NCBI GenBank assembly: GCA_002500605.1
Contig: DLRR01000021.1
Location: forward strand, 130,418 to 194,417
Direction: 5' to 3'
Length of the DNA: 64,000 nucleotides
Source: Nitrospinaceae bacterium UBA7883
GTDB lineage: Bacteria > Nitrospinota_A > UBA7883
Shown: positions 1 to 10,011 of the stretch, piece after piece
Layout: each line of letters begins with the position of its first letter
How positions within the stretch are numbered: position 1 is the stretch's first letter
The notes under the pieces: generated by a model
Database searches by the model: none
What the model was told of the DNA's origin: nothing
The model's input: the letters and a program-made list of their open reading frames with translations, nothing else
Translations under genes and position numbers: made by a program

Positions 1-756
1 TTCCAGGAATTCTATGTTAGGTCTAGCCATTTCTTTCAGGTGCTTTTCATCTTCGCCTGACCCAACAATTACAAGGGGCTCTCCCAGTTTATTGAACGCT
101 CTGATAGTCAAGTCTATTCTTTTATACGGCGCGAAAGATGAGACCACTAAATATTTTTTCCGCTCAGTTTTGATGTCTGGCAACTCATAAAAAGAAGTAT
201 CGACTGGAGGATAGATTGTTTTGGCTTCAACCCTATAGCATTTGCGAATTCTATCAGACACGTTTTGTGAGTTTGCTATAAACATGTCAACCCTAGAAGC
301 ACTCTTCCTATCCCACTTCCGCATGTGGGGCATCACTTTCCCAATCAGGTAAAGCAATGCAGGGCTAAACCTACTTCGATTGAAGTAGGTATTGTACTGA
401 TCCCAAGCATACCTCATTGGTGTATGGCAATAGCTTATATGAGGCGTACCACTTGGCTTTACACCTTTTGCAACACAATGGCTAGAAGAAAGGACCAGAT
501 CATAATCATGCAATATAAATGACTCTATTGCCAACGGCATGAGCGGAAGATACCAACGATACTTGCGCGATATGTCAGGCATCTTTTGCAAAAATGAAGT
601 GTATATTTGATGGCTCTCTATAACCTCAGAAACGGAATTAGGAATATGAACCAGCGTAAAGATATCTGCTTTAGGATACATTTCGCAAAAAACCTCTAGG
701 ACCTTTTCTCCTCCCCGCATTCCTGTTAGCCAATCGTGAACCAGGGCAACTTTCAT
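1..756 (-). CDS. Glycosyltransferase family 4 (GT4). The N-terminal ~252 aa are present; the C-terminus runs past the window edge.
   Basis: Reverse-complement of 661-756 translates MKVALVHDWLTGMRGGEKVLEVFCEMYPKADI, a classic GT4 N-terminus. The ATG at 756..754 overlaps the stop of the downstream GT4 (ATGA), indicating translational coupling. Confidence 0.8.
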   Translation of the reverse strand, partial: MKVALVHDWLTGMRGGEKVLEVFCEMYPKADIFTLVHIPNSVSEVIESHQIYTSFLQKMPDISRKYRWYLPLMPLAIESFILHDYDLVLSSSHCVAKGVKPSGTPHISYCHTPMRYAWDQYNTYFNRSRFSPALLYLIGKVMPHMRKWDRKSASRVDMFIANSQNVSDRIRKCYRVEAKTIYPPVDTSFYELPDIKTERKKYLVVSSFAPYKRIDLTIRAFNKLGEPLVIVGSGEDEKHLKEMARPNIEFLE

Positions 757-1844
757 TGCACTGCCTCTTTGTAGCACTGCATGGTTGCCTTCGCTGTGTT
801 AAGCCACGAAAATAGTTTTACTCTTTCCTGCCCTAGTTTGACATACCTTCTTCGGTTAGGTTTATTAGTAACGAGGCGTACTAGTTCCTTTGCCTGAGTT
901 TTGTGGTCATCAGGGTCGACCAGCACCGAGGCGTTACCAACAATCTCAGGCAAACATGAACGGTTAGAACATACTACAGGTGTATTGCATGCCATCGCTT
1001 CAAGTGGTGGCAGACCAAATCCTTCAAGGTATGAGGGGAATAACAACGCGCTGGCACCTGTGTACAATGCAGTCATCTCTGGTTTTCCAAGGTTGTCAAA
1101 AAATAAAACATTGTCACCAAATTTAGCAAACCTTTGCTTAACAACCTCGCTAACACGGCCGACGATCACAAATCGGGCCTTATCATCTAAGTGTTTCATT
1201 ACGCTAGCAATGGCATTGATGTTTTTATGAGGTCGGTCGCTACCTACATAGAGGAAGTATGGAACAAAAATGGACATTTGCTCGAGGATAGCAATCAGTT
1301 CTTTCGTGTCCGTAGGATGAAAGTCCGACCCGCCTCCATTGTGTATTACTTTTATTTTAACAGGATCAATATTAAAATAGCTCTCCAGGTCGTTTTTTGT
1401 AGTCTGGGAGACTGTTAAAACACGTCTTGATTTTCTAACCGCATTACCAATCATGACATGAGCATAGTTTTTTGCAAACTTACCAACAGTCCGATCTTTT
1501 AGATGGATAATGTCATGAATCGTCACAACCGACGGCTGTGTGATGAAGTACGGTAGCACATAATGGGGTGAATGAAAAAGGTCTATCTGGTGCTTACTGG
1601 CTTTCCTAGGAATTGTAAAATGTTCAGACACGGAATATTTTTTGGATGCTTCAATAACCTCAACCACGCGTCCCGTAGGAAAATTGTATTTAGCAAGACC
1701 TTCTGGTGAGGAAAAAAGAACATATTCGTTCTCTTCATCTAATGTCAGCAAGTTTTCGACAAGATTTTCTATGTATCTCCCTATGCCTGTGTCGTCTATC
1801 TTGCGGACATCAATACCAATGCGCATTCTTTTTAAATCCACCAT
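753..1844 (-). CDS. Glycosyltransferase family 4 (GT1 clan), 363 aa
   Basis: Carries the C-terminal GT4 motif [20 protein letters not shown]...PEIVGNASVLVDP. The start may instead be the internal MRIGIDV. Confidence 0.85.
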   Translation of the reverse strand: MVDLKRMRIGIDVRKIDDTGIGRYIENLVENLLTLDEENEYVLFSSPEGLAKYNFPTGRVVEVIEASKKYSVSEHFTIPRKASKHQIDLFHSPHYVLPYFITQPSVVTIHDIIHLKDRTVGKFAKNYAHVMIGNAVRKSRRVLTVSQTTKNDLESYFNIDPVKIKVIHNGGGSDFHPTDTKELIAILEQMSIFVPYFLYVGSDRPHKNINAIASVMKHLDDKARFVIVGRVSEVVKQRFAKFGDNVLFFDNLGKPEMTALYTGASALLFPSYLEGFGLPPLEAMACNTPVVCSNRSCLPEIVGNASVLVDPDDHKTQAKELVRLVTNKPNRRRYVKLGQERVKLFSWLNTAKATMQCYKEAVQ

Positions 1845-2064
1845 TAATTTATATTTCTTTAACTTTAAGCACCTTGTAGCTAGTTAGTCAATCAAGACCT
1901 ATTAGCTAACTGCAAAAATTTAATAATTAAAAACTGTTCTCACAGCAAAAAAATTTCCGTACTAGCAGTCTAGTTGAAATATAATTAGGCACAGTACTTT
2001 TAATTTGTTCACCTTTGAAAACTGTAAAATGAAAGGGATTTATAAATGGGCAATCCAAGGTTAG

Positions 2065-2655
2065 ATGGATCATAAGCAGTCTTGGTCGGCCAAGCTGCAT
2101 GAACTATTCGACCCTTACAGAAGATGGTTTAAGAATAAACTACCCAAAAAAAACACCATGAGGAGTGGTCGAGTATACAGACTGTTTGGGTCTACGTTGT
2201 TCAAGCCTGAGCTCTGGAGTTTTAAGGCCGAGCAAATGGCTAGAGGAGTGGCACTTGGTACGTTTATAGCATTAACTCCTACAATTGGTTTTCAGATGGC
2301 ACTTGTCTGTGCGCTAATCATATTTATACCAGGCAACCTGCCAATTGCACTTGCTGCATGCTGGATAACAAACCCGATTAGCTCACCAGCCATATATTAC
2401 CTGGAATACAAACTAGGTGAGTGGATAATGAGTACAGCTAGACTCATGCCGGGATACGTGTTTAACGATTCTGCTTCTATTTCAGGAATATATGACATTG
2501 CAGAAGCAATGTGGATAGGTTCTCTTGTCTCGGGTATATTTGGTGCACTAGTTGGGTATTTTGTTACTCTATGGCTTGTCGGACTTGAAAGAAAACTTCG
2601 GTTTGGCAAGTGGAGAGACCTTAGAAACAGAAAGCGAAAAAGAACGACTACTTAA
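2065..2655 (+). CDS. DUF2062 family membrane protein
   Basis: GVALGTFIALTPTIGFQMALVCALIIFIPGNLPIALAACWITNPISSPAIYYLEYKLGEW matches the DUF2062 signature. This family is often linked to LPS/GT loci. Confidence 0.65.
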   Translation: MDHKQSWSAKLHELFDPYRRWFKNKLPKKNTMRSGRVYRLFGSTLFKPELWSFKAEQMARGVALGTFIALTPTIGFQMALVCALIIFIPGNLPIALAACWITNPISSPAIYYLEYKLGEWIMSTARLMPGYVFNDSASISGIYDIAEAMWIGSLVSGIFGALVGYFVTLWLVGLERKLRFGKWRDLRNRKRKRTTT

Positions 2656-2859
2656 ACCAAACAACTATTATTCAATTTTACATCTTAAGTTTTGCAAGTA
2701 TCAGTTTCATATTTTTTAATCAAATGGTTGCCCATACCTTTATATGGCTTTACAATCACTATCATTAAATGTTTTGAACGGTTTTAACTGCTTGTAGGTT
2801 CAAGAACAATTCATGACAAAACCAGCTTGCTTAGTTTGACACTGCTAAATAGTTAACAA

Positions 2860-3942
2860 ATGATAGAAAAAAAGAAGGTAAAACTTACAACCCTGTCTAA
2901 ATCCGGTGGATGAGGCGCAAAAATAGGTCCGGAGGACCTTCATGAGGTGCTCAGTTCACTAGAGTACGGTGCAGATCCTAATGTGCTTTACGGAGCAGAT
3001 GTGGGTGATGACACTGGTGTATATCAGGTTAGTGAGGATCTTGCCATTGTCCAGTCCCTTGATTATATGACACCAATTGTGGATGACCCATTTCTTTTTG
3101 GGCGCATAGCAGCTGCAAATTCCCTGTCTGACATCTATACAATGGCGGCAAGACCAATTACTGCACTTAACATAATGTCATTCCCATCCAAGGTCGGTGT
3201 GGAAATAATTCAAGAGATCCTAAAAGGTGGTTTGGATGCGTTAAAAGAGGCGGGTGTCGCACTTTTGGGAGGACACAGCATAGAAGACAAGGAACCTAAA
3301 TATGGACTTTCAGTAACTGGCATTGTTAACCCAAAGGATATGGTAACAAGCCACAACGCAAAAGCGGGTGATGTATTGATACTGACAAAAAAAATTGGTA
3401 CCGGCATTTTAAGCAACGTTGCAAAGCTTGCGAGTGGATTCCAACCTGTCATAAAAAATAAGGGGAAAAACATTAGGAAAAGTGTTTACAGGGAAGGGGA
3501 GCAGAGCATGGCCAGATTAAACAGGTATGCTGCAGAAACCATGGCTAAGTTTAGGCCAATCACCTGTACTGATGTGACAGGATTCGGACTTCTGGGACAC
3601 GCCAGAAGTATTGCAGAAAAGTCGAATGTTTCACTAGATATTGAATATTCAAAAGTTCCTGTGTTTGAGGGGGTAGAACAATGCTCCATTGCCGGGACCA
3701 AAGGGGGAGGAGAAAGAAACTACAATTGGGTAAAGCCAATACTTCAAACTCACAATACAATCTCCCACGAAAAAGTTATGGTTTTATGCGACGCCCAAAC
3801 CTCAGGAGGATTACTAATTTCATGTGAGGAGACCAAAAGCAACAAACTGCTCTCAGCTATTATAGACGCTGGTGACGAAAACGCTGCTATCATAGGAACA
3901 GTAAGCGGTGACAAACGGGGTGTTATAAGAATTAACCCATAA
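2860..3942 (+). CDS. selD: Selenide, water dikinase (selenophosphate synthetase) SelD, a selenoprotein with an in-frame UGA (Sec) at 2911-2913
   Basis: The ORF track starts at GTG 2947. The same frame is open back to ATG 2860 and reads through TGA as MIEKKKVKLTTLSKSGGUGAKIGPEDL, matching the conserved SelD Gly-rich Cys/Sec loop. Downstream motifs (FGRIAAANSLSDIYTMAARP, TDVTGFGLLGHA, DAQTSGGLLIS) are typical of SelD. Confidence 0.85.
2925..2939 (+). promoter_or_regulatory. Putative bacterial SECIS hairpin (AGGUCC-GGA-GGACCU) 12 nt downstream of the UGA
   Basis: A 6 bp perfect stem with a 3 nt GGA apical loop lies immediately 3' of the in-frame UGA of selD. The position fits a bSECIS. Confidence 0.4.
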
Positions 3943-4014
3943 CCAGCTTGATTTGACTTGCAATGTTCCAATGGGCTGGATTAAGTTGTCCTTGAATGCC
4001 AGAAACACATCCAT

Positions 4015-4671
4015 ATGAAAAGTATATTTAACATTTATGTTGCACCGTTTTTAGCCTATTGGTTGCTACGTCTGTTATCGTTTACACTACGTCTTGAGCT
4101 GGTTGGTGAAGAGATAGAGGTGCAATTACGGAAGAGAGGGCCAACCATTTTGCTTTTGTGGCATGGCAGGCTATTATATTATCCACACCACTACAGGAAT
4201 AGAAGCCATGAATTTAATCTTCTTGTCAGCCCCAGTTCAGACGGTGAAATCATGGCTAGAGTCCTGACTGCATTTGGATTTCAAACAATACGCGGCTCTT
4301 CATACAGTAAAGCCCGTTCTGCACTCCGTGAGCTAAAAAGAAGCACTGATAACGGCAACTGTACAGCCATGATTGCAGATGGGTCACGTGGTCCTGTCTA
4401 TAAACTGCAATCAGGAGCCTTAATGCTAGCAAAGCTAACTGGAGCCCCGATTCTACCCACTGCTGTATCGTTTTCCAATCGCTGGACTCTTAACTCATGG
4501 GATAAGCTTATGATCCCTAAACCGTTCTCAAAAGTTATTTTTATGTACGAAAAACCAGTCTACGTTCCGAGCAATTGCAGTTCGGCCAAACTTAAAAAAA
4601 TTAGAGTAGGTTTAGAAAAAACAATGATAGAAATGACTGCCCGAGCCGACACTTGGTTTAACCTACAATGA
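4015..4671 (+). CDS. DUF374 / lysophospholipid acyltransferase-family protein (commonly found upstream of waaA)
   Basis: Length, the single N-terminal TM, and the LLLWHGRLLYYPHH...SSDGEIMARV...IADGSRGP motifs match the DUF374 family. Its stop overlaps the waaA start. Confidence 0.6.
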   Translation: MKSIFNIYVAPFLAYWLLRLLSFTLRLELVGEEIEVQLRKRGPTILLLWHGRLLYYPHHYRNRSHEFNLLVSPSSDGEIMARVLTAFGFQTIRGSSYSKARSALRELKRSTDNGNCTAMIADGSRGPVYKLQSGALMLAKLTGAPILPTAVSFSNRWTLNSWDKLMIPKPFSKVIFMYEKPVYVPSNCSSAKLKKIRVGLEKTMIEMTARADTWFNLQ

Positions 4672-5948
4672 TGCGGCTATTTTATTGCCTGATGGTATAT
4701 TTGGCTATTATCATAACCTCTCCATATATTATCTGGATAATCCTAACTCAGCCCAAGTATCGAACTGGGTTGGGGCAAAAACTTGGGTTTTTCCTTCCAC
4801 AACAAACCAAGCCAACCTTATGGATACATGCAGTTAGCGTTGGCGAAACCATGGTTGCCACTGACTTGGCCAAGTCATTTATGGAAATTTCTACGGATTA
4901 TCGAATTATGTTTTCTACTACCACCAAAACTGGGCAAGAGTTAGCCAAGAAAAGATTGGCACCAGATGCAAACATTTTTTATTTTCCCTATGATCTGCCT
5001 GGTGCCGTTAAGCGCTCGATAAAAGCTATCAACCCTGCAGCATTAGTGTTAGTTGATACAGAGCTTTGGCCGAATGTGGTTAGAGCATGTGTCAAACATG
5101 GCGGGAAAGCTGTGCTAGTAAACGGAAGGATTTCAGACAGGGCGTTTCCATTTTACATGCGGTATTCTTGGTTGTTCAAGGGAATGCTAAAGGATTTTTC
5201 ACTATTCTTAATGCAAACAGAGAGAGATGGAGAACGGATTGTTCAAATGGGAACAAATCCTAAAAAGGTGAACGTCGCTGGAACATTAAAATTTGATAGA
5301 AACATCACTAAACTTGGCAAAAATGAAAACCAAAGAATCCGACGCTCCCTAGGAATAGAAGAAAACGCTATCGTCCTTTTTTTGGGAAGTCCACACCAAG
5401 GAGAGGAGGCGGCGCTCAGGGCAGCCATGACTGCTATTGGTGCTATTCCATCAGCAAGGCTTGTTATAGCGCCGCGCAGAATCGAGAATGTAGAATGGAT
5501 AGAGAAATCGTTAGCAGGTTTTTCAATGAAGATTGCCTTAAAAACAGAAATGGTAATGGGGGCAATACCAACTGGGCCAAAGTCTGTACCCATAATAGAT
5601 ACTTTTGGTGAATTGGCTAATCTTTATGGGATCGCAGATGTGGCTTTTGTAGGTGGTAGCATGATATCCCACGGCGGTCAGAATCCACTGGAACCGGCGG
5701 CACACGGCAAAGCAATAATCTATGGACCCGACATGGTCAACTTTCACGAGGCAGCAAAGGCACTAGAGGAAGGTGGAGGAGCCGTAAGAATAAATAGCGA
5801 GGAAGAACTTTCAATAAAGTTTATTACTCTGCTTTCAGATGCTAGTCAAAGAGAAGAAATGGGCAAAGCATCCTTGGCAGTAATAGAAAACAACCGTGGT
5901 GCGATTAATAAAACTGCAAACATAATCAAAGGACTCTTGGATGATTGA
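4668..5948 (+). CDS. waaA: 3-deoxy-D-manno-octulosonic acid (Kdo) transferase WaaA/KdtA
   Basis: WIHAVSVGETMVATDL at the N-terminus and the C-terminal FVGGSMISHGGQNPLEPAAHGKAIIYGPDMVNF are typical of WaaA. 426 aa. Confidence 0.9.
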   Translation: MMRLFYCLMVYLAIIITSPYIIWIILTQPKYRTGLGQKLGFFLPQQTKPTLWIHAVSVGETMVATDLAKSFMEISTDYRIMFSTTTKTGQELAKKRLAPDANIFYFPYDLPGAVKRSIKAINPAALVLVDTELWPNVVRACVKHGGKAVLVNGRISDRAFPFYMRYSWLFKGMLKDFSLFLMQTERDGERIVQMGTNPKKVNVAGTLKFDRNITKLGKNENQRIRRSLGIEENAIVLFLGSPHQGEEAALRAAMTAIGAIPSARLVIAPRRIENVEWIEKSLAGFSMKIALKTEMVMGAIPTGPKSVPIIDTFGELANLYGIADVAFVGGSMISHGGQNPLEPAAHGKAIIYGPDMVNFHEAAKALEEGGGAVRINSEEELSIKFITLLSDASQREEMGKASLAVIENNRGAINKTANIIKGLLDD

Positions 5949-6954
5949 TGAGATTGACTCCTCAATTGTAAAAAATGCAGTCGCTAACGTTCTCCCAAAT
6001 TTCCAGATAAGCAACATTGAACCGCTTTGCGGGGATGCTTCCACTAGGAGGTATTACCGTATTCGCAATCATTCAATTAATACATTAGCAGTGATGGTTG
6101 CAGCAAATGCAGAGGCTGTAGAATGGTTTCAGGAGATAAGCGGGCTAATGAAAATTTTGTGTGTCGATACTCCCAAGTTCATAGGTTTATATAAACAGTG
6201 CGCCGTGCTAGAGGATCTGGGCGACGAAATGTTACAAAACAGAATGGCAGGAGCAGGGGAGGATGACTATCGTCGGGAGTACACTCCTATTCTTGCTGAT
6301 CTGGCCGAGTTTCAGGAAAAGTCAGCGCCAAAACCTAAAAACCATATGAAATGCTATGGGGTATTGTTCGACTTAGAGAAATTGATGTGGGAGGTGGAGT
6401 TTAGTAACAACCATTTTCTGACTAACAATTTAGATCTGCCCCCTAACGATCACTATCTGAAAAAACTGGGACAGGAATGGACGAAATTGTGTGAAGATAT
6501 TTCAGCCACAGCGCCAACGCTTACACATAGGGATCTACACAGCAGAAATATTATGATGCATGACGGACGACGAGTATGGATAGATTATCAGGACGCCAGG
6601 ATGGGCCGCATAGAATATGACCTCGCATCACTCTTGTATGATCCCTACGTGAATATGCCACAAGGTATACGTGATGAACTGGCAACAGGGTTTTTTAGTT
6701 TAACTGTTAAAGGAAATAGATATAGTGAAAATAGCAGCAAACTGCTTAACCTTAGTGCGGCACAGAGGCTCTACAAAGCTTTGGGTACATATGGATATCA
6801 AACGCACGTAAATAAAAGTTATTTATACTTACAATACATACCGGTGGCATGCCGGTCACTCTTGTACGTGTTGAAAAAAGAGAATGCCCTTAGAAGGTTG
6901 TACGATCTTATGGCCCCAGCGCTAGAACCATTTGCTGACAGCAATAGGGACTAA
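5941..6954 (+). CDS. Aminoglycoside-phosphotransferase (APH, PF01636-like) family kinase; likely a sugar kinase (AmgK-like MurNAc/GlcNAc kinase or LPS sugar kinase)
   Basis: Brenner motif HRDLHSRNIMMH and WIDYQDARMGRIEYDLASLL are present. It overlaps the waaA stop by 8 bp. Confidence 0.6.
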   Translation: MIDEIDSSIVKNAVANVLPNFQISNIEPLCGDASTRRYYRIRNHSINTLAVMVAANAEAVEWFQEISGLMKILCVDTPKFIGLYKQCAVLEDLGDEMLQNRMAGAGEDDYRREYTPILADLAEFQEKSAPKPKNHMKCYGVLFDLEKLMWEVEFSNNHFLTNNLDLPPNDHYLKKLGQEWTKLCEDISATAPTLTHRDLHSRNIMMHDGRRVWIDYQDARMGRIEYDLASLLYDPYVNMPQGIRDELATGFFSLTVKGNRYSENSSKLLNLSAAQRLYKALGTYGYQTHVNKSYLYLQYIPVACRSLLYVLKKENALRRLYDLMAPALEPFADSNRD

Positions 6955-7378
6955 ATAACTACGCAGTTACACATAATGCAATACTTCTAGCATAGCCATG
7001 AACCAGAAAAGTGTACAACTGATAAAACGCTAGAAAGGAATACTCACAATACATGTAGAGACAAATACTATATTCTGTACTTAACATAACATCAAAATTT
7101 GAACAGTCAAGGCTAAGCGAGATAGATCAAAAGCGAAATTGACAGTTTTTGCGATTTTTGACTCAATTTTGGCCAATTTTTCAAAAAAAATGGCGAAAAT
7201 ATATCGTTTTTTACTTTTTTAGGTTTGGTTACTTTTTTAGATGAACACGGATCCCAGTTTTATAGGGATTGCATCAAACAGATACCTGTACTCGCATAAA
7301 CAGTATGAAAAAGATGCACCGTTCAAGGCTAGTTAAGGTTACTAGCAAAAAAACAATATTTCGAATTATTAATATTTT

Positions 7379-7468
7379 TGGTGCCGAAGGGGGGATTCGA
7401 ACCCCCACACCCGTAAGGACACATGACCCTGAATCATGCGCGTCTACCAGTTCCGCCACTTCGGCACC
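7379..7468 (-). tRNA. tRNA-Leu (anticodon CAG), type II with a long variable arm and encoded CCA
   Basis: Reverse complement is GGTGCCGAAGTGGCGGAACTGGTAGACGCGCATGATTCAGGGTCATGTGTCCTTACGGGTGTGGGGGTTCGAATCCCCCCTTCGGCACCA. It is near-identical in architecture to E. coli tRNA-Leu(CAG), with anticodon loop UUCAGGG. Confidence 0.9.
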
Positions 7469-7784
7469 AGATTTTCAAGATACATTACACTACTGATTTT
7501 TGTAACGCAACTGGCTTCAAACGCTAACTCCACCTTTTTGATAAGATTACCGGAAAGAGCAATAGACATAATGGACACTAAAAATTTATGAGGATAAATC
7601 TTATACAATTTTTGGTTTCGTGCTGGCTCTATAAAGAATAATCGTGTTGGAATAATATACTTTCTCGTGTTTATCAACAGAGCGTATCACCATGAATTCA
7701 TTCCACTCATGCCTCTTTCCTTGATGACTGTACGCTCTTGCAGTAAAATCAATCAGTTTTAATCATGAGATTAAGTAACAACTT

Positions 7785-8735
7785 ATGGCACAAGATCCTA
7801 GGGTGTCGCTGGTGACGCCTATGTATAACGAGGCAGATAATCTCGACCGTTTTTTTGCGGAAATTATTCCAATTCTCGAAGGGCTGAAAGGTGGTTTTGA
7901 GATCTTGGCAATTGACGATGGCAGTACAGACTCCACTTACGAGAAACTTCAAAATCAACACAACAGCGACAACAGAATCAAGGTAATCCGTTTTAGGAGC
8001 AACTTTGGGCAAACGGCAGCATTTTCTGCGGGGTTTAAACATTCCAAAGGTGACATTGTAATAACGATAGATGCCGATCTGCAAAACGACCCAAAAGACA
8101 TTCCAGGAATGATAAAGAAACTAGACGAAGGGTTCGATATAGTAGCGGGATGGAGGTATCACAGGCAAGACAAACTGTTTTCAAGAAGGCTTCCCTCCTT
8201 ACTTGCTAACAAACTGATCTCCTGGACAACAAAAGTTCACCTTAAAGATTACGGCTGCTCTTTAAAGATTTTCCGCAAGGACATCGTTAAAAATATTCAA
8301 CTGTACGGTGAAATGCATCGTTTTATACCAGCAGTCGCCTCATGGATGGGTGTCAATGTGGCGGAAGTTAAAGTAAACCACCGTCCACGAATAGCGGGAG
8401 TAAGCAAATATGGAATAGACCGAAGCATAAGAGTAGTGTTAGATTTGATAACAGTCAAATTTCTCTTAAGCTACTCCACCAGCCCTATACAAATATTTGG
8501 GCTGATTGGTGTTACAAGCGGCGCTTTGGGATTTCTCGTTGCCTTGTGGATGTCCATACAAAAACTTTTTATGGGAATTCCTTTGGGAGGCAGACCAGCC
8601 CTTCTTTTGGCAGTTATGCTTATCCTCATTGGTGTTCAGTTTGTCTCTATTGGCCTAGTAGCTGAAATGCTATCGCGGACCTATCATGAGTCACAAGGTA
8701 AGTCAACATACGTCATCAAAAACATTCTGAGCTAG
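7785..8735 (+). CDS. GT2 polyprenyl-phosphate glycosyltransferase (ArnC/GtrB/DPM1-like) with two C-terminal TM helices
   Basis: VSLVTPMYNEADNL...EILAIDDGSTDST...ITIDADLQNDPKDI (the DXD region) is present. The C-terminal hydrophobic hairpin is typical of ArnC-like enzymes. Confidence 0.8.
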   Translation: MAQDPRVSLVTPMYNEADNLDRFFAEIIPILEGLKGGFEILAIDDGSTDSTYEKLQNQHNSDNRIKVIRFRSNFGQTAAFSAGFKHSKGDIVITIDADLQNDPKDIPGMIKKLDEGFDIVAGWRYHRQDKLFSRRLPSLLANKLISWTTKVHLKDYGCSLKIFRKDIVKNIQLYGEMHRFIPAVASWMGVNVAEVKVNHRPRIAGVSKYGIDRSIRVVLDLITVKFLLSYSTSPIQIFGLIGVTSGALGFLVALWMSIQKLFMGIPLGGRPALLLAVMLILIGVQFVSIGLVAEMLSRTYHESQGKSTYVIKNILS

Positions 8736-8748
8736 CCATATTGGTTCA

Positions 8749-10011
8749 TTGACAGTGTCTCCACTAAAAAAGATCGGGACAAACCTGGCTTATAAGACCA
8801 CCACAGAACTCATTGGTCGGGTCTTAGCCTTTATCTTTTACATGATGATTGCAAGGTGGCTAGGTGAGGTCGCCTTTGGTACTTTTTCACTAGTCTATTC
8901 TGTGCTGGCGGTACTTGTCTTCTTGGTTGACCCTGGACTCAACCTTTTGCTTATACGGCAAGGCTCAAGGGATAGCAATTTCATCGATTCGGCATTGGGC
9001 GGTATGCTCGGATTGAAAGTTACACTTTCGTTTTTAATGACGACAATAGCCCTTGTATACGCCGTACTTGGTGGTTTTGAAACAACAGTTATCTGGATAT
9101 TTTTTCTTCTGGGAATACAGATGGCTGGGTTTGCAATAACAGAGTATGCATCTGCCATTTTCCAATCTCAAGAAAAAATGCAATACGAAACCATGATCAT
9201 GGGTGCCAGTAAAATAGCAGTGACAGGGCTGGCTTCATTGTGTCTAGCACTGGGGGCTGGGCTTTTATTTGCCGTAGCAGTAATGACTTTAGTCCAGAGT
9301 GTGGCTGCAATATGCTCTCTATCTTTTACATTCCGACAGGGTTACACCTCCATCCTGCCGTCCTTTGCTGTCCCGCAGTGGGCTAATCTTCTACGTCAGG
9401 CTTTCCCATTAGCCGCGATAACTTTTTTCGTAATCGCTTTCTACAGAATTGATATCGCAATAGCACCGTTTCTTGGCATGGGATTAGCTGAGATTGGCTG
9501 GTATTCATCCGGTGTAAAGTTGTTAGATGTGGCCTTGGCGGTGCCAACACTTGGCATGGCCGCTGCATTTCCAACTCTGTCCCGCCTTGCAGCTCAGGAC
9601 AGGAGTAGGTTTTTGCGACTTTCAAACCTGCTCCTGTTAGCTATTGCACTTTCCGGTCTGACCTGTGCTTTGCTAGTTTTCTTTTTTGCAAAAAATATTG
9701 TTCTTACTATTTTTGGAGCCGGGTTTGTGCCTGCCGTAAGTTCCACAAGCTTGCTTGGCATTGCTTCATTTTTTGTTTTCACGAGACACGGTTTGCTGAC
9801 TTTGATGATTCTTGATGGCAAGTCCGATAGTGCTGTTAAAATAGTTGCAATCGGACTTGCAGTTAATATTACATGTAACCTAATGCTGATTCCTACCAAC
9901 GGGGCAATAGGTGCTGCTTGGTCCAAAGTTATCACGGATCTAAGCGTTTGTATCGCTGGATCCTGGGTTTGGTTTTCTATAGTAAGACGCGGAGTTAAAC
10001 TAGATGAATAA
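8749..10011 (+). CDS. Oligosaccharide/polysaccharide flippase family protein (MOP superfamily, Wzx-like), about 12 TM
   Basis: A 420 aa, highly hydrophobic multi-TM protein with the Wzx/polysaccharide-biosynthesis-protein pattern. It uses a TTG start. Confidence 0.65.
   Translation: MTVSPLKKIGTNLAYKTTTELIGRVLAFIFYMMIARWLGEVAFGTFSLVYSVLAVLVFLVDPGLNLLLIRQGSRDSNFIDSALGGMLGLKVTLSFLMTTIALVYAVLGGFETTVIWIFFLLGIQMAGFAITEYASAIFQSQEKMQYETMIMGASKIAVTGLASLCLALGAGLLFAVAVMTLVQSVAAICSLSFTFRQGYTSILPSFAVPQWANLLRQAFPLAAITFFVIAFYRIDIAIAPFLGMGLAEIGWYSSGVKLLDVALAVPTLGMAAAFPTLSRLAAQDRSRFLRLSNLLLLAIALSGLTCALLVFFFAKNIVLTIFGAGFVPAVSSTSLLGIASFFVFTRHGLLTLMILDGKSDSAVKIVAIGLAVNITCNLMLIPTNGAIGAAWSKVITDLSVCIAGSWVWFSIVRRGVKLDE

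Noticed and set aside
7379-7468. Checked whether the tRNA near selD could be tRNA-Sec (selC)
   Set aside because: The anticodon loop UUCAGGG gives CAG (Leu). The acceptor stem is 7 bp, not 8, and the overall sequence closely parallels E. coli tRNA-Leu(CAG).
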